From contig JBFFSH010000021.1 of assembly GCA_041572575.1 (NCBI GenBank), forward strand, positions 1 through 39,401: a stretch of 39,401 nt of DNA. The letters are read 5' to 3'. Made by a program: the position numbers and the translations under genes. Numbering within the stretch: position 1 is the stretch's first letter; each line of letters opens with the position of its first letter. Positions 19,104 through 28,413 of this stretch are shown here, in pieces. The DNA is from Thermodesulfobacteriota bacterium (GTDB lineage: Bacteria; Desulfobacterota_D; UBA1144; Nemesobacterales; N074bin48). Under the pieces are notes generated by a model. It saw only the letters and a program-made list of their open reading frames with translations. It did no database searches and was not told the origin of the DNA.

Positions 19104-20183
19104 ATGGCGTCCAAAATCAAATTAAAAGATTTAAGGGATCAAATTGATGAGATTGATAAAAAGCTTTTATCACTTCTCAATCTAAGGGCAGGAGTTGCCT
19201 TAAAAGTAAGCGAATTTAAGCAGAAAAATGCTGTGGACGTTTATGATCCGGTAAGAGAAAAACAGGTTTTAGAAAAAATTATATCCGAGAACAAAGGCCC
19301 TCTAAATTCAGATCTTGTAAAATCAGTTTTCAGACAGATAATTTCAGTTTGCAGGTCTATCCAAAAGCCTATTGAGCTTACAGTGCTCGGCCCGCCCGGA
19401 AGCTATTCTCATCAAGTGGCGACAAAGATTCTGGGAGTTTCGGTAGATATCAATCCGGTAGCTACGATTGAAGATGTTTTTGTAGATCTGCAAAAGGGTA
19501 AAAACCTTTTTGGCGTCGTTCCTGTAGAAAACTCTGCGGAGGGATCAGTTGGAAATGTACTTGATAAATTTATAGATACGGACATTAAAATCTGCACAGA
19601 GCATTATGAAAGAATAAGTCATAGCCTTCTTTCCAAAGATGGTAAAATTGAAAATATTAAAACAGTGGCATCACACCCTCAGGCGCTTGGACAGTGCAGG
19701 AAATGGTTATCAAAACGACTAAAGAACATCGATTTTAAAGAAACATCCAGTACTGCTAAAGCAGCCGAGATTGCATCAGAAAATAAACATATAGCAGCCA
19801 TAGCAGGGGAATTTAATACCTCAATATACGATCTGCAGGTAGTAGAGAGCAGTATAGAGGACTATCCAAATAATACTACAAGGTTTTTTCTAATAGGGTA
19901 TCAGGAGAACAGCCCATCGGGTAATGATAAAACATCAATTGTGTTTTCACTAAAAGATGAGCCCGGTGCTCTTAGCAGTGTGCTTGAGCCTTTTGATAAG
20001 AAAAATATAAACCTTACTAAAATAGAGTCCAGACCAACAAGGACTAAACCCTGGGAATATGTATTTTTTGTCGACTTTGAAGGTCATAGTTCAGAGAAGA
20101 GCATACAAAGGATCTTAAACAACGTTAGAAAAAGCTGTGTATTTTTAAAGATCCTAGGTTCTTATCCTAAAGGGAAAGTCTAG
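19104..20183 (+). CDS. pheA: Chorismate mutase/prephenate dehydratase (P-protein)
   Basis: CM domain (LRDQIDEID..LL.LLN.RA), VPVENS.EGSV, SHPQALGQC, NTTRF, ACT domain NLTKIESRP. ATG at 19104 preferred. Confidence 0.95.
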   Translation: MASKIKLKDLRDQIDEIDKKLLSLLNLRAGVALKVSEFKQKNAVDVYDPVREKQVLEKIISENKGPLNSDLVKSVFRQIISVCRSIQKPIELTVLGPPGSYSHQVATKILGVSVDINPVATIEDVFVDLQKGKNLFGVVPVENSAEGSVGNVLDKFIDTDIKICTEHYERISHSLLSKDGKIENIKTVASHPQALGQCRKWLSKRLKNIDFKETSSTAKAAEIASENKHIAAIAGEFNTSIYDLQVVESSIEDYPNNTTRFFLIGYQENSPSGNDKTSIVFSLKDEPGALSSVLEPFDKKNINLTKIESRPTRTKPWEYVFFVDFEGHSSEKSIQRILNNVRKSCVFLKILGSYPKGKV

Positions 20184-20207
20184 AGCTAGAAGTATTGGGA
20201 GAATTGT

Positions 20208-21290
20208 TTGAAACCTAATGAATATGTAAGGGATTTAGTACCCTACCTTCCGGGAAAACCTGTTGAGGAGCTGCAAAGAGAGCTTGGTATTACAGGCGCT
20301 ATAAAACTTGCTTCAAACGAAAACCCTGTTGGAGCTTCACCTAAAGCTTTAAAAGAAGTGGCTTCAAAACTCTCAGATATCAATTGGTATCCAGATGGAG
20401 ATTGCTTTCATTTAAAAAATGAACTTTCAAAAAAGTTGGGCTTTCAAAATGAAAACATAGTAGTAGGAAACGGATCAAACGATATCATAGAAATAGCGGC
20501 AAGGACTTTTATGAAACCCGGAGATGAGGCTGTTATGGGTGAGTATGCTTTTATAGTTTATCCGCTTGTCACAAAAGCTATAGGTGCTGATGCGGTAATC
20601 TCACCAATGCCTGATCTTATACATGATCTAAGGGATATGTATAAAAGAATCACTGATAAAACAAAAATGATATTTATAGCTAATCCCAACAACCCTACCG
20701 GTACTATGGTAAATAGGGATGAAATGGAGTGGTTTTTACAAAAAGTTCCTGACGACGTATTGGTCCTTGTAGACGAAGCATATTTTGAATATGTAAATGA
20801 TAAAAATTACCCAAATACTTTAGAATATCTCAGTAACAGACCATCGCTTATCACCGTTAGAACTTTTTCAAAGATTTACGGCCTAGCAGGACTCAGGCTT
20901 GGATATGGCATATCATCAGAGCAGATAATATCTTATATGAACAGGGTAAGAGAGCCGTTTAATGTAAATTCCCTTGCACAGAGCGCGGGTGTTGCTGCAT
21001 TAAATGACAAAGAGCATGTAGATAATTCCAATAAGATCAATAGTGAAGGCAGGAAGTATTTGATAAAGGAGTTAGAAAAAATAGGTATTGAATATTATGA
21101 CTCATATACCAATTTTATATTAATAGATTTAAAAAGAGATCCAATGGCTGTGTATAATGAGCTATTAAAACTAGGAGTTATAGTAAGGCCGGTTGGGGGT
21201 TATGGACTGAAAACCCATCTTCGTGTAACTATAGGTCTATTAGAACAAAACATAAGATTTATTAAGAGCCTTAAGAAAGTATTGGATTAA
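20208..21290 (+). CDS. hisC: Histidinol-phosphate/aromatic aminotransferase
   Basis: KLASNENP, NPNNPTG, DEAY, RTFSKIYGLAGLRLGY. Confidence 0.93.
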   Translation: MKPNEYVRDLVPYLPGKPVEELQRELGITGAIKLASNENPVGASPKALKEVASKLSDINWYPDGDCFHLKNELSKKLGFQNENIVVGNGSNDIIEIAARTFMKPGDEAVMGEYAFIVYPLVTKAIGADAVISPMPDLIHDLRDMYKRITDKTKMIFIANPNNPTGTMVNRDEMEWFLQKVPDDVLVLVDEAYFEYVNDKNYPNTLEYLSNRPSLITVRTFSKIYGLAGLRLGYGISSEQIISYMNRVREPFNVNSLAQSAGVAALNDKEHVDNSNKINSEGRKYLIKELEKIGIEYYDSYTNFILIDLKRDPMAVYNELLKLGVIVRPVGGYGLKTHLRVTIGLLEQNIRFIKSLKKVLD

Positions 21291-21301
21291 TACTTATAAA
21301 T

Positions 21302-22129
21302 ATGCAATTTAATAAAATTATAATAATAGGACTTGGGCTAATTGGAGGGTCACTTGCACTCGCGTTAAAAAAATCAGGTCAGGTAAAACATGTAGTAGGA
21401 GTGGACGTGCTACCGGAGTCTGTAGAAATCGCCTTAAGAAAAGGAATTATCGATGAGGGACAGGTAGGTATTGATGAAGTAGTGTATGATTCTGATATAG
21501 TAGTAATAGCTACTCATGTAGGAAGCATTGTAGATATTGCAAGAGCAATAAGTGTTTCGGATTCTACGGTTGTTACCGATACAGGAAGCGTAAAGGAAAA
21601 TATAGTTAATGAAATAGAAAATAGCTGTAATTTAAGATTTATAGGATCCCATCCCATAGCGGGTACGGAAAAATCAGGTGTTAGTAATGTGGTAGATGGG
21701 CTTTTTAAAGACAAAATAACAATAATCACCCCAACAAATAATAGTACATCCGAAGCTACAGAGACGGTAACGCGGATGTGGACTGTCATACAAAGTAAGG
21801 TCATACGCTTGAGTGCGCAAAAACATGATGAGATTTTTGCACACGTAAGCCATTTGCCCCACGTTTGTGCATTTAGCCTGGTAAATTCACTTATTAAAAA
21901 AGACAGCACATTATTTAATTATGGCGGTGGAGGTCTTAAGGACTTTTCAAGAATCGCTGAGAGCTCACCTGATATGTGGGTTGATATATTTATCTATAAT
22001 AAGGATGAGATATTAAAAGCTATTGATGAATATAAAGATAGTCTGAGTGAGATTGAAAATTACATAAAAAAAAGTGATAAAAAGTCACTTAAAAATATAT
22101 TGGGTAGTTCTTCTAATATAAAAAAATAG
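21302..22129 (+). CDS. tyrA: Prephenate/arogenate dehydrogenase
   Basis: GLGLIGGS, DTGSVK, HPIAGTE.SG, HD..FA.VSHLPH. Confidence 0.93.
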   Translation: MQFNKIIIIGLGLIGGSLALALKKSGQVKHVVGVDVLPESVEIALRKGIIDEGQVGIDEVVYDSDIVVIATHVGSIVDIARAISVSDSTVVTDTGSVKENIVNEIENSCNLRFIGSHPIAGTEKSGVSNVVDGLFKDKITIITPTNNSTSEATETVTRMWTVIQSKVIRLSAQKHDEIFAHVSHLPHVCAFSLVNSLIKKDSTLFNYGGGGLKDFSRIAESSPDMWVDIFIYNKDEILKAIDEYKDSLSEIENYIKKSDKKSLKNILGSSSNIKK

Positions 22130-22204
22130 TAATAATAAAATTATTTATACTTAAAAAATATTATTTATTGAATATTAAAAAACTTTAGTTAATATTTCAG
22201 GATT

Positions 22205-22954
22205 ATGAAAATTCTATTAAGCGTAATTATAGCACTAGCAGTTGGAACAATAGCACTTAATGCATGGATATTAAGTGAGGTATCAAATATAAAAGCATCG
22301 GTTGCCAAGCAGGATGAAGAAATAGCTAAACTCAGTAAAGCAATAGCCGCAAGACCAGCAGCACCTGCCGCACAACCTGCAGCAGCAGATCCACAGAATG
22401 TTAAGGTGAGTATAGATGACGATCCTATTAAAGGTGATTTGAAAGCACCTGTAACAATAGTGGAATTTAGCGATTATGAGTGTCCTTTCTGTAAAAGAAA
22501 TCACGATCAGGTTTTTTCACAGATAAAAAAAGAATACATAGACACTGGTAAGGTAAGATATGTATTCAGGGATTACCCACTTGGTTTCCATAAAAAGGCA
22601 ATACCTGCAGCAATCGCCGCAAACTGTGCCGGAGAACAGGGTAAGTACTGGGAAATAAACGACTTTTTATTTCAAAGTAAAGCAAATTTATCCGATGAAA
22701 AATATATAGAATTTGCTAAAAACAACAACCTTGACATGGAAAAGTACCAGGCATGCCTTAAAGACAAAAAGCAAGAGGCTGAAGTAGATAAAGATTTTAA
22801 AGACGGCCAGGCTTATGGAGTTAGAGGCACACCAAGTTTCTTTATTGGTAAAACTCAAGAAGGTAAAGAAATGACAGGCGCTTACATTAGAGGTGCAAGA
22901 CCTTTTGATGCTTTTAAAACCGAGATTGATAAAATTCTTTCTGCTCAAAAATAA
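22205..22954 (+). CDS. DsbA-family thioredoxin-fold oxidoreductase
   Basis: N-terminal TM, EFSDYECPFC, GVRGTPSFFIG. Confidence 0.9.
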   Translation: MKILLSVIIALAVGTIALNAWILSEVSNIKASVAKQDEEIAKLSKAIAARPAAPAAQPAAADPQNVKVSIDDDPIKGDLKAPVTIVEFSDYECPFCKRNHDQVFSQIKKEYIDTGKVRYVFRDYPLGFHKKAIPAAIAANCAGEQGKYWEINDFLFQSKANLSDEKYIEFAKNNNLDMEKYQACLKDKKQEAEVDKDFKDGQAYGVRGTPSFFIGKTQEGKEMTGAYIRGARPFDAFKTEIDKILSAQK

Positions 22955-22976
22955 TATTACATCTAACAAATAAAAT

Positions 22977-23012
22977 ATTGTCTCTGGCTTTTTAAGCCAG
23001 AGACAATTTCTT
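22977..23012 (+). terminator. Rho-independent terminator
   Basis: ATTGTCTCTGGCTT-TTT-AAGCCAGAGACAAT 14-bp stem followed by TTCTTTT. Confidence 0.8.
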
Positions 23013-23191
23013 TTATTAATAAAGCATATCACATTTTATATTAATATAGCTTTGTCTGTACTGCTTATTAATCATTTACTATTTATCCCTCCAGTTTGAC
23101 AAATATATCTAATAGTATTAATATTTAATAAATAAATATTAATGATTGCAGCATTTTAAACTCGAAAGTTAAAGAGAAATATATATAAATT

Positions 23192-24187
23192 ATGCAGAGG
23201 ATGATGAACTCTCGTTATTTAGTAAGCTTGAACAACTATTTATGTCTAATTGTATTCATTTTCTTATTTAGTTTTATTATTACCGAGAATTCTTACAGCC
23301 AGTCATTCTACTATAAAAAACAAGGTAATGTTGTGGTTTATACAAACCTAACACCTGACTCTGGAGGGTTTAAAAAACTAAATACCCCCTGGGGGAAAAC
23401 ACAGAAACAGAAAATTAAATATGGATCTACAAAATACTCAGATGGTTACAATAAAGAAATATTAAAAGCATCAAGACAATATTCCCTTGATCCAAACATA
23501 ATAAAAGCAATTATCAAGATTGAATCAAATTTCGACCCAAAAGCAGTTTCCCGTAAGGGGGCAATGGGCTTAATGCAGCTTATGCCCGGGACAGCACTTG
23601 GTCTTGGTGTATCAAATCCTTTCGACCCGGGACAGAATATCAGGGGAGGAACAAAATATTTTAAAAAACTTATGAATATGTTTAACGGCAATATTAAGCT
23701 TGCTCTTGCAGGATATAATGCCGGTGAAAATGCCGTTATAAAATATGGATATTCAATTCCTCCGTACAATGAAACCGAGAATTATGTAGAAAAGGTTTTA
23801 TATCATTACAACAATCTAAAAGGGAAAAACAGCTATAACTATAATACAGGGCAGACAAGCTCTTTGGTAGTTAAAACTTCTGCAAGAAGCAACAATTATA
23901 AAAACACCGATGTATTTGATGAGGAGCAGCTAAGAGGTGAACTATCCGGTAAATTTCTTATTCAACTTGCATCCTATCCTAAGCTTGGCCTTGCAAAAGA
24001 ACTTGAAAACACTTTAAAATCCAAGGGTTATCCTGCATTTATTCAAAAAGCCTACCTTCCAAACAGCGGTACCTGGTACAGAGTAAGAATAGGCTCTTTT
24101 ACAACAAAACACGAAGCCCAGCAGTTTAAAAATTCGCTAAAATCAACAGAGCCATTCATAAATGATGCAATAGTGGTAAATCTTTAA
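23192..24187 (+). CDS. Soluble lytic transglycosylase with C-terminal SPOR domain
   Basis: IESNFDP.AVS.KGA.GLMQLMP, ALAGYNAGE, PPY.ET..YV; SPOR 'IQLASY...WYRVRIGSF'. Confidence 0.92.
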   Translation: MQRMMNSRYLVSLNNYLCLIVFIFLFSFIITENSYSQSFYYKKQGNVVVYTNLTPDSGGFKKLNTPWGKTQKQKIKYGSTKYSDGYNKEILKASRQYSLDPNIIKAIIKIESNFDPKAVSRKGAMGLMQLMPGTALGLGVSNPFDPGQNIRGGTKYFKKLMNMFNGNIKLALAGYNAGENAVIKYGYSIPPYNETENYVEKVLYHYNNLKGKNSYNYNTGQTSSLVVKTSARSNNYKNTDVFDEEQLRGELSGKFLIQLASYPKLGLAKELENTLKSKGYPAFIQKAYLPNSGTWYRVRIGSFTTKHEAQQFKNSLKSTEPFINDAIVVNL

Positions 24188-24320
24188 GCCAGTTATTTTA
24201 ATATACAGCCCTATCTAGCCTATAACACTTAACAAATTCTTGACTAAAGCCCTGATTTATATAAAATAGCATAGCCTCTAGTGGGTACGTTTTTCAAAAT
24301 TTACATTGGAAGGGGTAATT

Positions 24321-26012
24321 ATGTCAAACAAGCCATCAGAATATACACCGCCAGTACAAGATAATGAATTTATTACAACTATAACCGATAAACCAGAGGA
24401 TCTTTTAGAGGTAGGAGTTCTGTTTATAGGTGCAGGGCCTGCAAGTCTTGCAGGTGCCATAAGACTGGCACAGCTTCTTGAAAATGAGCCAGAAATTATG
24501 GAATCACTTGGAGAAATACCAATCGCAGTACTGGAAAAGGGTAAATACCCGGGCGCTCATCTTGTTTCAGGTGCTGTAGTAAATCCAATAGCAATAAGAA
24601 GATTATTCCCCGAACTAAAGGATAGCGATTTTCCTTTCCTGCAGGAAGTAAATGGTGAGTCTTTATATTTTATGACTGAAAATATGCGTATTCCCCTACC
24701 CACACCTCCAACAATGAAAAACCATGGAAACTTTGTGGCTTCCATAAGCCAGCTTGCCGCATGGCTTGGAGAAAAGGCTGAAGAACTGGGAGTCATGGTT
24801 TTTAATGAAATGTCGGCAGTAAAGCTCATAGTAGAAGACAATGTTGTAAAAGGCGTAAGAACCGATGATAAAGGGGCCGACAAGGATGGCAATCCTCTTG
24901 AAAATTTCCAGCCGGGCTCAGACATTCTTGCCAAGGCTACGGTTTTAGGAGAAGGCACAACCGGCCATCTATCGATGGCATTATTCGATCACTTTGAAAT
25001 TCCAAGAGAAAACCCCCAGATTTATGCACTTGGTGTAAAAGAGGTCTGGGAAGTTGCAAAACCACTTGGAGAGGTTATACACACGATGGGATGGCCTCTT
25101 AGTACTTCATCAAAAAATAACGAATTTGGCGGCAGTTTCATATATCCTATGGGTGACGACAAAGTATGTATAGGACTTGTAGTAGGGCTTGATTATAAAG
25201 ACGCCTCACTATCGGTTCATGACCTGCTGCAGCAGTTAAAAAGCCATCCGATGGTCAAAAAGATACTCGAGGGCGGCAAAAAAGCAGACAAAGGGTGGGG
25301 AGCAAAGACAATTCCAGAAGGCGGCTACTATGCAGTACCCGATAAACTAAACGTTCCAGGAGCCGTAGTAGTGGGAGATTCAGCTGGGCTTGTTAATGTG
25401 CCTGCGCTAAAAGGAATTCACTATGCAATGATGTCAGGCATGCTTGCTGCTGAATCCATCTTTAACTCTCTTAAACAAAAAAACGATTTACAGACATATT
25501 CAGGTCTCGATTCCTATGATGCAGCTGTAAGAGAGAGCTTTATAATGAAAGATCTCTATGAAGTAAGAAACATGAGACAGGCCTTTCAGTATGGCTTCAT
25601 ACCAGGCTTTATTTTGTCCGGTCTAATGACCGTTACCAAGGGTAAATTTCCGGGCGGAAAGTTTACAGGCCATCATGACAGCGAACAGGAAATGTTCATT
25701 GGGCAGAGGGATTATCCAAAACCTGATAATGAATACTATTTTGATAAGCTTACAAGTGTATTTGACAGTGGTAACAGAACAAGAGACAATCAGCAGGATC
25801 ATGTCAGGATTGAAAAAGAGGTATCTGAAGAAGTCGGTGAGGCATGGATAAACATGTGCCCGGCGCAGGTTTATGAATGGCATGAAGAAGGCGGCAAGAA
25901 AGTAATAAGAACTGACCCCACAAACTGTATTCAGTGCGGTGCTATTACTTCAAAGGGTGGAAGACTTACTCCACCAGAAGGCGGTAGCGGCCCTGAATAC
26001 ACTCAAACTTAA
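24321..26012 (+). CDS. Electron-transfer flavoprotein:quinone oxidoreductase (FixC/FixX-like fusion)
   Basis: IGAGPA, LEKG..PGAH.VSGAV, LGVKEVWEV, KTIPEGG, KGIHYAM.SG, C-terminal CPAQVY..NCIQC..PEGGSGP. ATG at 24321 follows GAAGGGG. Confidence 0.9.
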   Translation: MSNKPSEYTPPVQDNEFITTITDKPEDLLEVGVLFIGAGPASLAGAIRLAQLLENEPEIMESLGEIPIAVLEKGKYPGAHLVSGAVVNPIAIRRLFPELKDSDFPFLQEVNGESLYFMTENMRIPLPTPPTMKNHGNFVASISQLAAWLGEKAEELGVMVFNEMSAVKLIVEDNVVKGVRTDDKGADKDGNPLENFQPGSDILAKATVLGEGTTGHLSMALFDHFEIPRENPQIYALGVKEVWEVAKPLGEVIHTMGWPLSTSSKNNEFGGSFIYPMGDDKVCIGLVVGLDYKDASLSVHDLLQQLKSHPMVKKILEGGKKADKGWGAKTIPEGGYYAVPDKLNVPGAVVVGDSAGLVNVPALKGIHYAMMSGMLAAESIFNSLKQKNDLQTYSGLDSYDAAVRESFIMKDLYEVRNMRQAFQYGFIPGFILSGLMTVTKGKFPGGKFTGHHDSEQEMFIGQRDYPKPDNEYYFDKLTSVFDSGNRTRDNQQDHVRIEKEVSEEVGEAWINMCPAQVYEWHEEGGKKVIRTDPTNCIQCGAITSKGGRLTPPEGGSGPEYTQT

Positions 26013-26048
26013 AAACTTTATTTCTTCCTTAATAAAATATGAGTAGTT

Positions 26049-26089
26049 AATACAGAAAGCCCTTATTTTAGGGCTTCTGTATTCTTTTC
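26049..26089 (+). terminator. Rho-independent terminator
   Basis: AATACAGAA(A)GCCCT-TATTTT-AGGGCTTCTGTATT followed by CTTTTT. Confidence 0.75.
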
Positions 26090-26123
26090 TAGATTTATTT
26101 CTTTTAATAATTATCTTAAATCT

Positions 26124-27353
26124 ATGGATTTGAATGAAATTTATAATAACGCATCTGCCATATTACTCAGCTCTCAAAATTGCTGGATAGATGAGAGTTA
26201 CTTATACGTTTTTTCAGGCAAACCCGAATTCACCTTATATCTAACTGATAATAACCTTTTTCTTGGTAAAAATAATGAAATTACAGAACTTTTTGGTGTA
26301 AACCCTTTTGATTTTATTGAACAACAAGCAGCAAATGGTAAATATGCGGCCGGTTATATAAGTTATAATTATTTGGAATACACAGACATAGGCTTAACTC
26401 TCAGAAACAAGAAATTTAATGATAATTTCCCGCTTCTATATTTCAATTTTTATAGTCCTGCCAAACTTGATAAATTCAATATTAAACAAGCTGAGAAGAT
26501 TCTTAATATCAAACAAAAAGAAATTAGATCCAAACAATCTGATATTCAATATTCTACGCATAAAGAAGGATATATATTAGATATAAACAAGATAAAAGAA
26601 TATATTGAAAACGGAGATGTATATCAGGTTAACTTGTCTCATAAAATAACGACCCGATTACAAAATAATCCACTAAATACTTTTTTTAACTATTATAAAG
26701 CTCAACCCGTACCTTATGGAATATATATAGACTGTGATAAGTTTCATTTCCTGGGAGGCTCCATGGAGCAGTTTGTAGAAAAAAGGGGAGATATAATTAC
26801 AACAAAACCCATTAAAGGTACTTCTAAAAGAAATCAGCATAAATCAAAAGATGATCAAATAAAGGCCAATTTAAGCACAAATCCGAAAGAAAAAGCAGAA
26901 AATCTGATGATAGTAGATCTTATGAGAAATGATTTATCGAGGGTTTGCAAACCAGCAACAGTGAAAGTAAACAAGCTCTTCAATGTAAAATCATACAGAA
27001 CTCTCCATCAGATGGAATCTGAGATTACCGGGCAGCTACTACAAGATAAAAGGTTAAAAGATATTATATATAGTGTATTTCCACCAGGCTCTGTAACAGG
27101 AGCGCCCAAGAAAAGATCAATACAGATCATAGATGAGCTCGAAAACCATAGCAGGGGCCCGTATTGCGGCTGTGCGGGTGTGTTTAGTCCAAATGGAGAC
27201 TTTACCCTTTGCGTATCGATAAGAACTGCTATATTAGAGGGTAATACTATAAATTACTGGGCCGGAAGCGGTATAGTATATGATTCTGATGCTGAAAAAG
27301 AATATCAGGAAACATTATTAAAACAAAAAGCATTTTTAAATTCTATAAATTAA
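26124..27353 (+). CDS. pabB: Aminodeoxychorismate synthase component I
   Basis: GDVYQVNLS, TKPIKGT, KEKAENLMIVDLMRND, FPPGSVTGAPK, GPYCG; adjacent to pabC. Confidence 0.85.
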   Translation: MDLNEIYNNASAILLSSQNCWIDESYLYVFSGKPEFTLYLTDNNLFLGKNNEITELFGVNPFDFIEQQAANGKYAAGYISYNYLEYTDIGLTLRNKKFNDNFPLLYFNFYSPAKLDKFNIKQAEKILNIKQKEIRSKQSDIQYSTHKEGYILDINKIKEYIENGDVYQVNLSHKITTRLQNNPLNTFFNYYKAQPVPYGIYIDCDKFHFLGGSMEQFVEKRGDIITTKPIKGTSKRNQHKSKDDQIKANLSTNPKEKAENLMIVDLMRNDLSRVCKPATVKVNKLFNVKSYRTLHQMESEITGQLLQDKRLKDIIYSVFPPGSVTGAPKKRSIQIIDELENHSRGPYCGCAGVFSPNGDFTLCVSIRTAILEGNTINYWAGSGIVYDSDAEKEYQETLLKQKAFLNSIN

Positions 27354-28175
27354 ATGTCTGAGAAAATATATTTTTATGACGGCTCTCTTAAAGAGAGTTT
27401 GGATATCCTGCCTAACAGGTCTTTATTTTTCGGAGAGGGTGTATTTGAGACATTTAGATATAAATCTCAAATACCCATTTATATTGACAGGCATTTAAAA
27501 AGACTAAAAAAGGGCTCAGAGTTTCTACAAATATCAATTCCATCTGATGATATTATAATAGAATTTATAAAAAATTCCGTACAAGAGGCAGGGTTAGACG
27601 ACGCCTATGTAAAAATATGCCTGTTTTCATCCGGTGGTAATAGCTATTACGATAAATCACAAAGGTATATACTTTGTTCTGTAATTAAAGAATATCCTCA
27701 TAGAAAAAGTGATATAAGCCTAACGATAGCTACAGAGTGTATAAACTCAAAATCAGAACTAAATTACTATAAAACAATAAACTATATCCAAAACAAACTA
27801 TCAAAAAGGCAGGCTATTAGTTCAGGATTTGAGGAGGCTTTGTTTCTAAATGAAAAGGGAAATGTCACAGAATGTACAGCACATAACATATTTTGGATAA
27901 AAGACAGCAAAATTTATACTCCTTCACTCAAAAATGGGTTATTACCAGGTATTACAAGAAGTGTAATTATAGACATATGTAATGACCTAGATTTAGAACT
28001 CATAGAAGGGGATTATGATATAAAAGAACTTCAAAGAGCCGATTATATATTCTTAACAAACGCTATTTCAGGGATTGTTAAAGTATATAATATAGAAGGA
28101 AAAGAGTATCTCGAAGAATCACAAATTTACAAAAATATTGAAGACAATTTATTAACAAGACTCAAGTGGAAATGA
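27354..28175 (+). CDS. pabC: Class IV aminotransferase / 4-amino-4-deoxychorismate lyase
   Basis: GEGVFET, H..RL, KTINY, E....NIF, LLPGITR; synteny with pabB. Confidence 0.8.
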   Translation: MSEKIYFYDGSLKESLDILPNRSLFFGEGVFETFRYKSQIPIYIDRHLKRLKKGSEFLQISIPSDDIIIEFIKNSVQEAGLDDAYVKICLFSSGGNSYYDKSQRYILCSVIKEYPHRKSDISLTIATECINSKSELNYYKTINYIQNKLSKRQAISSGFEEALFLNEKGNVTECTAHNIFWIKDSKIYTPSLKNGLLPGITRSVIIDICNDLDLELIEGDYDIKELQRADYIFLTNAISGIVKVYNIEGKEYLEESQIYKNIEDNLLTRLKWK

Positions 28176-28263
28176 TGCCCAAAAACTTAATAAATTTTAT
28201 AATATATTTTGTTAACCTCCTGATTTGACTGATTTTTTTAAATAAAAATTAATAAATCATATC

Positions 28264-28379
28264 TGTGGATCGATTGTGGATAAAATATTACATATAATTT
28301 CAATGTTGTCGTAACTACCTGTAATCATTAGATATACCTATTAATACAGGCTTAATAGAGATACTTAATTTTATCCACA
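28264..28379. promoter_or_regulatory. Secondary DnaA-box cluster
   Basis: TGTGGATCG (28264), perfect TGTGGATAA (28275-28283) and perfect TTATCCACA (28371-28379) between convergent pabC and mnmE. Confidence 0.75.
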
Positions 28380-28386
28380 CGGCAAG

Positions 28387-28402
28387 TGTTTCACGTGAAA
28401 CG
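28387..28402. other. parS site
   Basis: TGTTTCACGTGAAACG, 15/16 match to the canonical parS TGTTTCACGTGAAACA. Confidence 0.88.
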
Positions 28403-28413
28403 TAGAGTAAGAA

